Both the position numbers and the translations under genes were made by a program. From the IMG/VR virus record IMGVR_UViG_3300020466_000002: DNA of 64,000 bases; one strand, given 5' to 3'. This document shows positions 25,686 to 35,564 of the stretch, in pieces. Within the stretch, counting starts at the first letter, position 1, and every line of letters starts with the position of its first letter. This DNA comes from an uncultured virus (IMG/VR IMGVR_UViG_3300020466_000002) (lineage: Duplodnaviria; Heunggongvirae; Uroviricota; Caudoviricetes). The notes below the pieces were generated by a model that had not been told where the DNA came from, ran no database searches, and saw only the letters and a program-made list of their open reading frames with translations.

Positions 25686-26124
25686 GAGAAAAAAAGGACC
25701 TGTTCAATCACGTAAAGTCGTGGTTGACGGGATAACCTTTGCATCTGGATTAGAAAAATATATGCACTTAGCTCTTAAAAAAGCAAAGATACAAGCTGTG
25801 TATGAAGGACATACCTACGAGATATTTCCATCATATCAATTTGAATCTTCAGCTTTTGAAAGATGTGCTAATGGTAAAGGTGATTATAAAGATCGTGGAA
25901 ATAAGAAAATATTAAATATATCTTATACACCAGACTTTATAGGTAGAGGCTTTATTATTGAATGCAAAGGTAGAGCCAACGAAAGTTTTCCATTAAGATG
26001 GAAGATGTTTAAAAAATATGTACAAGAACATTTACCAAATGTTATATTGTATAAACCTCAAAATCAAAAAGAATGCGACGAAACAATAAGGTTAATTTTA
26101 AAGAACAACAAGCTAAGGAAATAG
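25669..26124 (+). CDS. T7 endonuclease I-like resolvase
   Basis: FASGLE, YTPDF, IECKG. Confidence 0.75.
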   Translation: MRRKFRRKKGPVQSRKVVVDGITFASGLEKYMHLALKKAKIQAVYEGHTYEIFPSYQFESSAFERCANGKGDYKDRGNKKILNISYTPDFIGRGFIIECKGRANESFPLRWKMFKKYVQEHLPNVILYKPQNQKECDETIRLILKNNKLRK

Positions 26125-26246
26125 CCAGAAGACATTATGCTTTGAGACAGATTGATAGATATATCAATTGGAGTGTTGGGGTTAGAGGTTTTTTAAAATG
26201 GAAAGATTTAAAAAATCAATATAAAAAATATAAACTAGAATTTTAA
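26073..26246 (+). CDS. hypothetical protein, 57 aa
   Basis: Open frame overlapping neighbours. Confidence 0.4.
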   Translation: MRRNNKVNFKEQQAKEIARRHYALRQIDRYINWSVGVRGFLKWKDLKNQYKKYKLEF

Positions 26247-26383
26247 TGGCAAGAAGAGCAATAGTACATATATATAAACCGGCTAGAAGAAAAAGACCGG
26301 GTGTACATTCAAAAAATAGAAATACTAATCAAAAGACCGGTAAGTATTATACTGGTCCTAAATATAAAGGACAAGGAAGATGA
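26246..26383 (+). CDS. small very basic protein, 45 aa
   Basis: MARRAIV...RPGVHSK...KYKGQGR; coupled starts and stops. Confidence 0.55.
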   Translation: MARRAIVHIYKPARRKRPGVHSKNRNTNQKTGKYYTGPKYKGQGR

Positions 26384-26535
26384 ATGATATAAAAAGATGG
26401 GAACTAAGTTTTGGCCTATATGAAGGTTTATTATTTGGTTACAGAAATTATCCCGATTGGGATAACCACAAGATTGATCACGTGTTTTACGTGTTCATAT
26501 TTGATATTTGTTTAACATTACATTACAACAATTAA
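26380..26535 (+). CDS. hypothetical protein, 51 aa
   Basis: ATGA overlap; ends just before nrdB start. Confidence 0.5.
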   Translation: MNDIKRWELSFGLYEGLLFGYRNYPDWDNHKIDHVFYVFIFDICLTLHYNN

Positions 26536-26536
26536 T

Positions 26537-27505
26537 ATGGGATTATTTGACAATAGAATACCGTACAAACCTTTTGAGTATCCTGAGTACTACACAGAAG
26601 GCTGGTTAAAACAAGCTCAGGCGTTTTGGTTGCATACAGAGATCCCAATGAGTGGTGATGTAAAAGACTGGAATGAAAAGTTAACAAAAAAAGAAAAAAA
26701 CCTAGTTGGTAATATACTACTGGGTTTTGCTCAGACTGAATGTGCAGTAAGTGATTACTGGACTCAGAAAGTAGTATCATGGTTTCCTAAACACGAAATA
26801 CAGCAGATGGCCATGATGTTTGGAAGTCAAGAGACAATACATGCTGTAGCTTATAGTTATTTAAATGAGACATTGGGACTTGAAGACTTTGAAGCGTTTT
26901 TACATGAGCCAGCTACGGCTGAGCGTTTTGATAATCTCGTTTCATATGATGGCACCGATCCTATTGAAATTGGTAGATCATTGGCTGTTTTTAGTGCTTT
27001 TGCAGAAGGAGTTTCTTTATACTCTGCTTTTGCAGTACTTTATAGCTTTCAATTACGTAATTTACTTAAAGGTGTTGGGCAACAAATGAAATGGTCCGTA
27101 AGGGACGAATCTCTACACTCAAGAATGGGTTGTAGATTATTTAGACATATGTGTGAAGAAAAAGACTTTTTAAAAGAAGCTTGTAAACCACATATTACTG
27201 AAGCAGCACATGTAATGCATGATGCTGAAATGAAATATATAGACAAGATGTTTGAAGCGGGGGATATCGAAGGGTTGAAATCTTATGATTTAAAACAATT
27301 TATAAAGAAAAGATTAAATGAAAAACTTACTGAGCTCGGTTACCTCGATCTCTCAGAAGAATTTGAATACGATAAAGAAGCCGCGAAAAATTTGGATTGG
27401 TTTTACCATCTTACTGGTGGGCATACTCACACTGACTTTTTTGCGATCAGACCGACCGACTACAGCAAAGCAAATGAGGGAGAGGACTTCGAAAATATCT
27501 GGTAA
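26537..27505 (+). CDS. nrdB: ribonucleotide reductase class Ia beta subunit
   Basis: FW..EI....D, ETIH..AY, EGV, RDESLH di-metal ligands, DFF tail. Confidence 0.93.
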   Translation: MGLFDNRIPYKPFEYPEYYTEGWLKQAQAFWLHTEIPMSGDVKDWNEKLTKKEKNLVGNILLGFAQTECAVSDYWTQKVVSWFPKHEIQQMAMMFGSQETIHAVAYSYLNETLGLEDFEAFLHEPATAERFDNLVSYDGTDPIEIGRSLAVFSAFAEGVSLYSAFAVLYSFQLRNLLKGVGQQMKWSVRDESLHSRMGCRLFRHMCEEKDFLKEACKPHITEAAHVMHDAEMKYIDKMFEAGDIEGLKSYDLKQFIKKRLNEKLTELGYLDLSEEFEYDKEAAKNLDWFYHLTGGHTHTDFFAIRPTDYSKANEGEDFENIW

Positions 27506-27757
27506 ATGAGTTGGAAACAAAAAGTACTAAAATTCTTAGTAAGAAGTAGAAGATTAACACCTGGTGAAAAGCTAGCAAGTAGGATTGGTTATTTTGGAGC
27601 TGGCTTCTTAGTTGCAGCACAGTGGACAATAGAACCTATGCTATACATAGCTGGCTTTTGCTGTGTGTTGATACAAGTAGCATCAAGAAAACAATGGAAT
27701 CTTGTTGCATTAAATATTAATGGGCTTGTTGCCTGGATAAAACACTTAATAACATAA
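27506..27757 (+). CDS. small membrane protein between RNR genes
   Basis: 83 aa with ~3 hydrophobic segments. Confidence 0.55.
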   Translation: MSWKQKVLKFLVRSRRLTPGEKLASRIGYFGAGFLVAAQWTIEPMLYIAGFCCVLIQVASRKQWNLVALNINGLVAWIKHLIT

Positions 27758-29481
27758 TGTGGAGTAATAGATGGATAAAAGGTCAGGACTACCCAGAGTG
27801 GGCAGAAGCTGACGTATACAAAAAAACAATTCAAGGAGGATATTTATATAATGGAGAAACACCAAAAGAAGCGTATCAAAGAGTTGCTGAAACAGTTGCT
27901 AGAAGACTTAAAAAACCAGAGATGGCGGAAGTCTTTTTCGATTATATCTGGAAAGGCTGGCTTTGTCTTGCTAGTCCTGTTCTTAGTAATACAGGTACTG
28001 AAAGGGGTTTACCTATATCATGTTTTGGTATCGATGTTGCAGACAGTATCTTAGACATTGGAACTAAAAATTTAGAGATGATGTTACTAGCTAAACACGG
28101 AGGTGGTGTTGGAGTTGGTATAAATCAAATCCGCCCAGCTGGGGCAGAAATTACAATGAACGGTACATCAGATGGTGTTGTACCATTTTGTAAATTATAT
28201 GACTCTAGTATATTAGCTACTAATCAAGGAGCTGTACGTAGAGGCGCTGCATCAGTTAATTTAAATATAGATCACAAAGATTGGGAAGAGTGGTTAGAAA
28301 TAAGAGAACCTAAAGGTGATATTAATAGACAATCACTAAACCTACATCAATGTACTATAATCGGTGATAAGTTTATGCGTAAGCTTAGAGACGGTGATAA
28401 AGTTGCAAGACGTAAATGGGGTAAATTACTTCAAAAACGTAAAGCAACTGGAGAACCTTATATAATGTATAAAGGTAATGTTAATAAACAAAACCCTTCT
28501 GCATATAAGGATAATGCTCTGAAAGTATTTATGACAAATATATGTTCAGAGATAGTGTTACACACAGATGAAAATCATAGCTTTGTATGTTGTTTATCTA
28601 GTTTAAATCTAGCTAAATATCATGAATGGAAAGATAGTAATTTAATCTATGATAGTATATGGTTTTTAGATGGTGTATTAGAAGAATTTATACAAAAAGC
28701 AAAAAATAGAAGGGGTTTTGAAAATGCTGTAAGATCTGCTGAAAAAGGTAGAGCACTTGGTTTAGGTGTTTTAGGTTGGCATACATACTTACAACAAAAA
28801 GGATTTCCCTTCGAAGGATTATTAGCACAATATGAAACAAGAAGAATATTTTCACAAATTAAAATCGAGTCTGAAAGAGCTAGCATGGCGCTTGCGGATG
28901 TTTATGGAGAACCTCTTTGGTGTGTTGGCACTGGTTTTCGCAATACTCATCTCCGTGCCATTGCACCTACCGTCAGCAATAGCAAACTGGCTGGAAACAT
29001 TTCGCCAGGCATCGAACCGTGGGCAGCTAACGTCTTTACAGACCAAAGTGCAAAAGGAACTTTCATCAGAAAAAACCCTACACTTGTAAATGTATTAGAA
29101 GAAAATAATTTAAACACTGAAAAAATTTGGAAACAAATTTTAAAAGACGGTGGATCTGTACAAGGCATTAAAGCTTTAGATAAAATTATGGTAGGACCAG
29201 ATAAAGATATACCTATTAAAGAGGTTTATAAAACTTTTAAAGAAATAAATCAATTAGAATTAGTTAATCAAGCTGGAATAAGACAACAGTATATAGATCA
29301 AGCTGTAAGTTTAAATCTAGCGTTCCCGGCCCAGGTAGATCCTAAGTTTATTAACAAAGTACACTTAGAAGCTTGGAAAAAAGGAATTAAAACTTTATAT
29401 TATATGAGAACAGAATCAGTATTAAGAGGTGATATAGCTGATGCAGCTATGAACGAAAATTGTTTAAGTTGTGATGGATAG
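27757..29481 (+). CDS. nrdA: ribonucleotide reductase class I alpha subunit, no ATP-cone
   Basis: ISCF, QGAVRRGA, TNICSEI, IAPT, KTLYY, C-terminal C..C. Confidence 0.93.
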   Translation: MWSNRWIKGQDYPEWAEADVYKKTIQGGYLYNGETPKEAYQRVAETVARRLKKPEMAEVFFDYIWKGWLCLASPVLSNTGTERGLPISCFGIDVADSILDIGTKNLEMMLLAKHGGGVGVGINQIRPAGAEITMNGTSDGVVPFCKLYDSSILATNQGAVRRGAASVNLNIDHKDWEEWLEIREPKGDINRQSLNLHQCTIIGDKFMRKLRDGDKVARRKWGKLLQKRKATGEPYIMYKGNVNKQNPSAYKDNALKVFMTNICSEIVLHTDENHSFVCCLSSLNLAKYHEWKDSNLIYDSIWFLDGVLEEFIQKAKNRRGFENAVRSAEKGRALGLGVLGWHTYLQQKGFPFEGLLAQYETRRIFSQIKIESERASMALADVYGEPLWCVGTGFRNTHLRAIAPTVSNSKLAGNISPGIEPWAANVFTDQSAKGTFIRKNPTLVNVLEENNLNTEKIWKQILKDGGSVQGIKALDKIMVGPDKDIPIKEVYKTFKEINQLELVNQAGIRQQYIDQAVSLNLAFPAQVDPKFINKVHLEAWKKGIKTLYYMRTESVLRGDIADAAMNENCLSCDG

Positions 29482-30223
29482 TTTTGAAGAGTTAATATAC
29501 CCAATGACAATGCAAGAGTTTTTTACCCAATATTGGGGTAAAGAACACTTTGTGTTAAAATCAAACTGTGGAGTTTGTAAAGACTGGATGAAAAACCTAT
29601 ACACATGGGATCATTTTAATCAATATGTAAATCAATATCCTGATATAAAAAATTTACAAATATTAAATTATGATGATAACGATGATAGGTTTTGTTTAGA
29701 TAAAGTTAAGTCAGGTAAATTAAATCAACCATTTTTTACTAAAAAACAAGTATATGATTTTTGGAAAAACGGTAAATCATTTGTTATACCTATGGCTGAA
29801 TATCAAAATGAAGGCTTAGTTAATATATGTAGCGGTGTAGAAAATTACTTTGGTAGAGGTTGCGCTAATGTTTATTGTTCACCACAACCAAACTCAAGAA
29901 GTTTTCCACCACATGCGGATAGTACTGAAAACTTTTTGTTACATAATTATGGTAAAACAAAATGGACAATGTATAAAGAGTTTAAAGGAGAAAAACCTAG
30001 AACAATTTTAGCTGAATATGAATTAGAACCTGGAGATTTATTATATATACCTATAGGTCAATATCATAAAGCAGAGTCTATGACACCTAGAATATCTACT
30101 AGTATACATTTTCCTAATAAGAAAAATCAAAGTCTAAAACATTTTAAACTAGGTAAAGAGAATAGATCTCCTTATTATAATTTTAAATATTTTTTAAATG
30201 AAGATAGCGATAGTAAATCATAA
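29471..30223 (+). CDS. JmjC/cupin 2OG-Fe(II) oxygenase
   Basis: HAD, G.TKW, L.PGDLLYIP.G.YH motifs. Confidence 0.8.
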   Translation: MMDSFEELIYPMTMQEFFTQYWGKEHFVLKSNCGVCKDWMKNLYTWDHFNQYVNQYPDIKNLQILNYDDNDDRFCLDKVKSGKLNQPFFTKKQVYDFWKNGKSFVIPMAEYQNEGLVNICSGVENYFGRGCANVYCSPQPNSRSFPPHADSTENFLLHNYGKTKWTMYKEFKGEKPRTILAEYELEPGDLLYIPIGQYHKAESMTPRISTSIHFPNKKNQSLKHFKLGKENRSPYYNFKYFLNEDSDSKS

Positions 30224-30428
30224 CCCTGTACTAGGGATAAACAATAGTATATCAAATAAAGTGTATGATTGTTTTTGTGGTAGATATGTACCATATAAGG
30301 TTAGAGATGTTAAAGGTATAGAAGACAGTAAACACGTTGGCGTTTTTTTCTTAGATGAAAAAAATCCAGAGTTAGTAAATAAAATTTTAAACTTAATAAA
30401 AAATGAAAGCAGGAAAGATTTGGGGTAA
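30198..30428 (+). CDS. hypothetical protein
   Basis: 76 aa ORF overlapping neighbours. Confidence 0.45.
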   Translation: MKIAIVNHNPVLGINNSISNKVYDCFCGRYVPYKVRDVKGIEDSKHVGVFFLDEKNPELVNKILNLIKNESRKDLG

Positions 30429-30747
30429 AACTGAAAAGGTCCACGCGAACGGAGTATTTGAGTTTCACAGAATAGAATTTAACGAAGGATTTAAATGTTC
30501 AGAGCATGAGCATAAATTTAAATGGAATGGATTTTATGTTGAATCCGGAACAATGCTTGTCAGAGTATGGCAAGATGATCAAGGTCTTGTTGATGAGACA
30601 ATACTCAGGCCTGGAGATTTTACTATGGTAAAACCAGGAAAGTTTCATCAGTTTGAAGGTATTGACAAAGGTGTAGCTTTTGAATTATATTGGGCTGAGT
30701 TTAATCACGACGATATAAATAGAAGATCATCAGGTACAGAAGTATGA
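30403..30747 (+). CDS. cupin-domain protein (sugar isomerase-like)
   Basis: K.WG, CSEHEH..K...FYV.SG, PG.FHQF. Confidence 0.7.
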   Translation: MKAGKIWGKTEKVHANGVFEFHRIEFNEGFKCSEHEHKFKWNGFYVESGTMLVRVWQDDQGLVDETILRPGDFTMVKPGKFHQFEGIDKGVAFELYWAEFNHDDINRRSSGTEV

Positions 30748-31418
30748 AGAATATAGCTGTAGTAATACCAGCAAGGCTGAATAGTACTAGACTCAAACAT
30801 AAGATGTTAATAAAGTTCGATGATGAACCTTTAATACGTCTTGTGTTTGATAAAGTACGTATGATGGGATTTGATACTTTTGTAGCAACTGATAGTAAAC
30901 GTATAGCTAAGTTAATACCAAATAAATGGTGTATCATGACAGGTAAAGCAAACAATGGTACACATAGATTATCTAAACGAGCTGTTATAGATTTAGTAGG
31001 TAATTACGATTATGTAATGAATATACAAGGAGATATGATTGATGTAAATCATGAAACTATAAAACCTATTAAGAAAAGATTATTATCACCATTTAGTCCA
31101 TTGTGTTTAACAGCATACACAAAAGGAGCTAAACCAAATGATGTTAAAGTTATACACCAAAATAATAAAGCATTATGGTTTACAAGATCTGATATAGGTT
31201 ATGGTGACAGACATTTAGGTATATACGCTTACTCACCTTATTTGTTAAAAGCATATAGAGGTATGCAAGATAAATATACTAAAGAAAATCTAGAACAGAA
31301 TAGAATACTAGGTTTGTACGATATAGAAGTAATAGAAACAAAATATGAGGGATATGAAATCAACACCCAAGGAGATGTCAACAGAAGACAAATACAAAGC
31401 CTTACACAGGGGTGGTAA
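30744..31418 (+). CDS. kdsB: CMP-KDO synthetase (3-deoxy-manno-octulosonate cytidylyltransferase)
   Basis: VIPARL.STRL..K, VATD, NIQGD, RHLGIYAY, LEQ.R. Confidence 0.85.
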   Translation: MKNIAVVIPARLNSTRLKHKMLIKFDDEPLIRLVFDKVRMMGFDTFVATDSKRIAKLIPNKWCIMTGKANNGTHRLSKRAVIDLVGNYDYVMNIQGDMIDVNHETIKPIKKRLLSPFSPLCLTAYTKGAKPNDVKVIHQNNKALWFTRSDIGYGDRHLGIYAYSPYLLKAYRGMQDKYTKENLEQNRILGLYDIEVIETKYEGYEINTQGDVNRRQIQSLTQGW

Positions 31419-31944
31419 ATACAAAGTATTAAAAAGAGACGGATCTATTTTAATAAAAACCACTGGTTATGGTAGTGGTGGAGGATTTAAAACTGTAATT
31501 AAAACTATTAAAAAACACGTTGATCAAAACCCAGGCACTTTTTTATTAGACTATGGTTGTGGATCAGCAAAGATTTGGCATGATAAACAAATGAGTTTAG
31601 GTAATACAACAGTTGTAGAATACCTTGGTGAAAATCTTTCTGGTTTTTATAGATACGATCCTTTTCACCCTAAGTATGATACAAGACCAGAGAATAAGTT
31701 TAATTTGGTTGTTGTTGCTGAAGTTATAGAACACTTGCCATTAGAAGAAATACCAGTATTATTAAAAGACATAGCTAGTTTAGCTTCTGATAAAATAATT
31801 TTTACTATACCACAAAGCCCATCAAATGCGTACTTTATGGATGGTGAAAACATGCATTGTACACTAATGTCAAAAGATGACTGGATAAAATTAATAAGAA
31901 AATATATACCTAAAAATACAATAACAATAAAATATACACCATGA
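31345..31944 (+). CDS. class I SAM-dependent methyltransferase
   Basis: LLDYGCGS, YDP, EVIEHL. Confidence 0.8.
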   Translation: MRDMKSTPKEMSTEDKYKALHRGGKYKVLKRDGSILIKTTGYGSGGGFKTVIKTIKKHVDQNPGTFLLDYGCGSAKIWHDKQMSLGNTTVVEYLGENLSGFYRYDPFHPKYDTRPENKFNLVVVAEVIEHLPLEEIPVLLKDIASLASDKIIFTIPQSPSNAYFMDGENMHCTLMSKDDWIKLIRKYIPKNTITIKYTP

Positions 31945-32693
31945 AAAAACCAATGTTAATTGCAGGACCTTGTAGTCTTGAAGACTGGCACACGGTAAGC
32001 ACAACCGCTAAATATGGTAAATGTCTTGCTGCTAAATATGGCTTTGATTATATATTTAAAGGATCATTTGATAAAGCTAATAGAACATCTGTATTATCTA
32101 AAAGAGGTATAGGTATAGATGAAGCTAAATTTATGTTTAGATCTCTTAGAGAATATGGTATAGAAAAGATCACAACAGACATACATGAACCATGGCAAGC
32201 TAAAGCGCTAGAGCCATACGTAGATATAATACAAATACCTGCTTACCTATGTAGACAAACTGATTTATTAGTTGCTGCAGGTGAAACAGGTAGAACTGTT
32301 AATATAAAGAAAGGACAATTTATTAGTGGTAAGAATATGATACATGCTATCAATAAAGTAAGGAGCACAGGTAATGAAGATGTTATGTTAACTGAAAGAG
32401 GTAGTATGTTTGGTATGGGAGATCTTGTCGTAGATTTTAGGCAGATAATTGATATGAAAGATTTAGGTGTACCAGTTATAATAGATTGTACTCATTCAAT
32501 GCAAAAACCTAACTCAGGTGATACAACAGACGGTAATCCAAAGTATGCTATACACTTAGCTAAAGCTGCCAAAGCATTAAGCGTTGACGGTTATTTCTTT
32601 GAGATACATCCAAAACCAGAAGAGGCTTGGAGTGATGGATCGAATATGATCCAGTTAGATAAGTTTGATGATATGTTAAAAGCTATTTCTTAG
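31941..32693 (+). CDS. kdsA: KDO-8-phosphate synthase
   Basis: IAGPCSLE, KGSFDKANRTS, TDIHE, QIPAYLCRQTDL, NIKKGQF, ERG..FG, D.THS. Confidence 0.93.
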   Translation: MKKPMLIAGPCSLEDWHTVSTTAKYGKCLAAKYGFDYIFKGSFDKANRTSVLSKRGIGIDEAKFMFRSLREYGIEKITTDIHEPWQAKALEPYVDIIQIPAYLCRQTDLLVAAGETGRTVNIKKGQFISGKNMIHAINKVRSTGNEDVMLTERGSMFGMGDLVVDFRQIIDMKDLGVPVIIDCTHSMQKPNSGDTTDGNPKYAIHLAKAAKALSVDGYFFEIHPKPEEAWSDGSNMIQLDKFDDMLKAIS

Positions 32694-32901
32694 TTTTTTC
32701 AAAAGCAGATATTCCAAAGCAACCTAATGTAACCCATACAAATGAGTTATATATTACTTCATTAATTTCTAACCCACCATCTACATAGATAATACTTGTT
32801 ACAAGATCTGCTACAGCAAATAAAGTCATAACTATAAAAGATGCAAACCCTATTATATTCTTCTCATTTATTTCGTTTTTATCTTGAAACAATTTCCACA
32901 T
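32683..32901 (-). CDS. small 2-TM membrane protein (holin-like)
   Basis: 72 aa, two hydrophobic helices, near endolysin. Confidence 0.5.
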   Translation of the reverse strand: MWKLFQDKNEINEKNIIGFASFIVMTLFAVADLVTSIIYVDGGLEINEVIYNSFVWVTLGCFGISAFEKTKK

Positions 32902-32903
32902 AA

Positions 32904-33347
32904 CTAAGACTCTTTATTATTATTACAGAATGATCTAGCAGCTTCCTTGCTAGCAAATCCCCACTTTTTTAAAGCTTTACTTAAACTACTTGGAGTACCG
33001 TTGTCATCAGTCATTGATCCGTCCATGCTACCAAATCTACAAGCAAATGAAACTCTACGTGGATTAGTACCTGATGTAAGCTTTTTACCCATTGTAGGAT
33101 TTTCTTTTCTCATTTCTCTATTTTCCTTATTATATTGTTGTTCACTTATTTTAAATGGTGATCCTGTTGGTACACATTTATCTTTTCCATCTACTGTTCC
33201 AGCAAATCTATAACCTTTCCAACACGCCATGCCATCAGCACCTTGTTCTTTACCTTCTTTATTTTTAGCTTTAAATGGAGTTGGAGTTTGAGTTGAATAT
33301 TTACCTAGCGCTCTTGGGCCGCAACCTTTTCTTATTGGACTTATCAT
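32904..33347 (-). CDS. hypothetical protein
   Basis: CWKGY and RRVSFACRF motifs; GCGPRALG, TPFK, SPFK. Confidence 0.6.
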   Translation of the reverse strand: MISPIRKGCGPRALGKYSTQTPTPFKAKNKEGKEQGADGMACWKGYRFAGTVDGKDKCVPTGSPFKISEQQYNKENREMRKENPTMGKKLTSGTNPRRVSFACRFGSMDGSMTDDNGTPSSLSKALKKWGFASKEAARSFCNNNKES

Positions 33348-33358
33348 GTTTTTATTTT

Positions 33359-33949
33359 TTAACTTTTCCAGTTTGTTTTACCACGTGTTGTTCTTGAACC
33401 TGTGTTTCTACTTCTTGTTCCTCTTTCTAATACATAAGGAGCATTTACCTTGCTCCAATCTACAAACTCATCATATGATTTACTATTATTAAATGCATCT
33501 GTAAACCACTGCACTTGCTCTGGATTATTTCTTCCTTCAAAATCTTCTTTCCAAGTTCCAGCTCTAAAAGAGTCACCAAAATTTCCTCTAACTTTTCTTT
33601 TTAAAAATTCTAGCATTGAACCTCCATGATCTTTATATATATGATCTTGTCCTTTTGACCAATGCTCTGTATTTTCCCAATCATCTCTAGTTTGAGTTTC
33701 TACTTGACTATCTCTCCAATTTTGAGCTTCATTTGCGAATGTTTCAAAATCTGAATAATTATCTTGAACACCATCTTTATTTAATTCCCATATTTCTCTA
33801 TCAGTTGTACCTGTACCACTAACATCAATCTTTCTTGTTCTTACGTTAGCTGTTTCTTCGTCACCACCTTCATAGTTCCATTCGCCACCTCCATCTACTG
33901 TTTGTTTAAAAGCAGAGGGTGTATTTTTGTACTTTAATTTAAAAGGCAT
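33359..33949 (-). CDS. hypothetical protein
   Basis: 196 aa; starts MPFKLK. Confidence 0.6.
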   Translation of the reverse strand: MPFKLKYKNTPSAFKQTVDGGGEWNYEGGDEETANVRTRKIDVSGTGTTDREIWELNKDGVQDNYSDFETFANEAQNWRDSQVETQTRDDWENTEHWSKGQDHIYKDHGGSMLEFLKRKVRGNFGDSFRAGTWKEDFEGRNNPEQVQWFTDAFNNSKSYDEFVDWSKVNAPYVLERGTRSRNTGSRTTRGKTNWKS

Positions 33950-33951
33950 AA

Positions 33952-34383
33952 TTAATTATTTTTTCTTGGATTATTAACTGCTGGGTTTGGTGGGTTTGCT
34001 GGTGGATTAGTTATTCTATCTACTCTAGGAGCAATTGAATTATTATTACTTTGACTTATATTTGGGTTATTGTTGTTGTTAGGGAGAGGTCTATAATCAT
34101 TTATATTTGGATTAAAACCATGATTTCTCCATGGAGTATAATAAAAAGTATTATATCCTATAGGGTATCTATTTGTTGGATAAGTATTGTAATTATATAT
34201 AGGTCTTATAACATCAATAGGTAATTTTAATGTATCTCCTTCTGCAGTTACAGCTAGTACAGACGTTATCTTCATTTGAGGTTGTCTATATACTGTACAG
34301 CTAGATAATACACCTAATAAAATTATAGCAGCCATAACCGCTATTGATATTACTTTACCATAATCTCTTTGTCTTTCTGTCAT
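33952..34383 (-). CDS. putative lipoprotein
   Basis: Hydrophobic signal with LSSC lipobox; Pro/Asn-rich tail; downstream of endolysin. Confidence 0.55.
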   Translation of the reverse strand: MTERQRDYGKVISIAVMAAIILLGVLSSCTVYRQPQMKITSVLAVTAEGDTLKLPIDVIRPIYNYNTYPTNRYPIGYNTFYYTPWRNHGFNPNINDYRPLPNNNNNPNISQSNNNSIAPRVDRITNPPANPPNPAVNNPRKNN

Positions 34384-34841
34384 ATTACCATATATTTTGT
34401 TTTACCGCCGTCGCGATAAGCTTTTAAACATCTATTTCTATTTGAGCCTGGATCAACATAACTCACATGTACCCAATCAGGATTTTCATCTGTACCAAAT
34501 TCCCATATCATCTGATCGTAATCTAAGTTAGCTCTAATCCAATCAAACATTGCAGCATTAGAAGCATGGCCGAATGTATCATCAATATCCATAGCTTGTC
34601 CGTGACAATGTTGTGATTTTTTAGATCCACCAATAGCTTCATTAAGTTCAGGTCCACGATAGAACGAATTTATCTTTATAGGACCTCCTACGTGAGTTCT
34701 AAGGGGTTCAAATATCTTTTCTGACAAGAGCTTCATGTTTTGTAAATGCTTATCAGAGGGATCATTTTTTAAACCTAGCCTCAAAGCAGTTATACTATGT
34801 ACTCCTTCTTTATAAGAGACATGCTTAGTTAATTTTTCCAT
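34380..34841 (-). CDS. endolysin, peptidase M15 family
   Basis: NSFYR..ELN..IGGS..SQH..GQA.D, WVHVS. Confidence 0.85.
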   Translation of the reverse strand: MEKLTKHVSYKEGVHSITALRLGLKNDPSDKHLQNMKLLSEKIFEPLRTHVGGPIKINSFYRGPELNEAIGGSKKSQHCHGQAMDIDDTFGHASNAAMFDWIRANLDYDQMIWEFGTDENPDWVHVSYVDPGSNRNRCLKAYRDGGKTKYMVI

Positions 34842-35002
34842 TACTTTTTTAATGCTTGCTTTACAGCTTTAGCTTTAGCTCTTAATTTAGCAGCTTTATC
34901 TTTTATATCACTAGCTTTAGCTAATATAATCTCATCCACAGTAGTTTTACTCCATAGTAAAACCCACATATCTTTCCAGTATTCTTTTGTTAATTTCCAC
35001 AT
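34841..35002 (-). CDS. hypothetical protein, 53 aa
   Basis: MWKLTKEYWKDMWVLLWSKTTVDE...; coupled to endolysin start. Confidence 0.5.
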   Translation of the reverse strand: MWKLTKEYWKDMWVLLWSKTTVDEIILAKASDIKDKAAKLRAKAKAVKQALKK

Positions 35003-35006
35003 ATTG

Positions 35007-35171
35007 TTAATTTTTATAAGGTATTAATTTGTTTAGTTTTTCTTTGCGTTCTTCACACCCACAATCTTTTCCAAATATTCTCTTTACAACAGGTTTGATA
35101 CCTATTGCAACTGTTACTTTTTCTATAGTATCTCCTAATCCCTTAGAATTTTGATGCTTCGTTGACTTCAT
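35007..35171 (-). CDS. hypothetical protein, 54 aa
   Basis: KGLGDTIEK...DCGCEERK motif. Confidence 0.55.
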   Translation of the reverse strand: MKSTKHQNSKGLGDTIEKVTVAIGIKPVVKRIFGKDCGCEERKEKLNKLIPYKN

Positions 35172-35562
35172 TAATCGCTTCTTGTATCTCTTCTAAATCA
35201 GTTGGCATTGCTAAATCTAAACCAGCTTTCCAAACATCTTCTTTTACACCACCTTTAAATAAGATTATTGTTGGCGCCATACGGACTTTATATTCTTTTT
35301 TAGTAATCGGAGCCTTGGCAATATCCACTCTGTAATAAACTGCATTTTCAATCTTATCCCAATCGGCAAAACAATTAGCAGCATTAAAGGAAGCCCAAAA
35401 CTCCACAACAATAGGAAGTTTATCATCGTCTCCGAATCTGTGGTGTTCATTAATTTTTTCTTCAAAGTTCGAATCCTCGATCCAATACTTTTCTGGTACG
35501 TCTTGTTGAGCAAATGCTAAAGTAGTTAATAGTGTTAAAAATATTGTAAATAAAAATTTCAT
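35143..35562 (-). CDS. exported thioredoxin-fold protein lacking CxxC
   Basis: Signal peptide; VVEFWASFN, RVD, V..APTIILFK.G. Confidence 0.65.
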   Translation of the reverse strand: MKFLFTIFLTLLTTLAFAQQDVPEKYWIEDSNFEEKINEHHRFGDDDKLPIVVEFWASFNAANCFADWDKIENAVYYRVDIAKAPITKKEYKVRMAPTIILFKGGVKEDVWKAGLDLAMPTDLEEIQEAINEVNEASKF

Positions 35563-35564
35563 TG

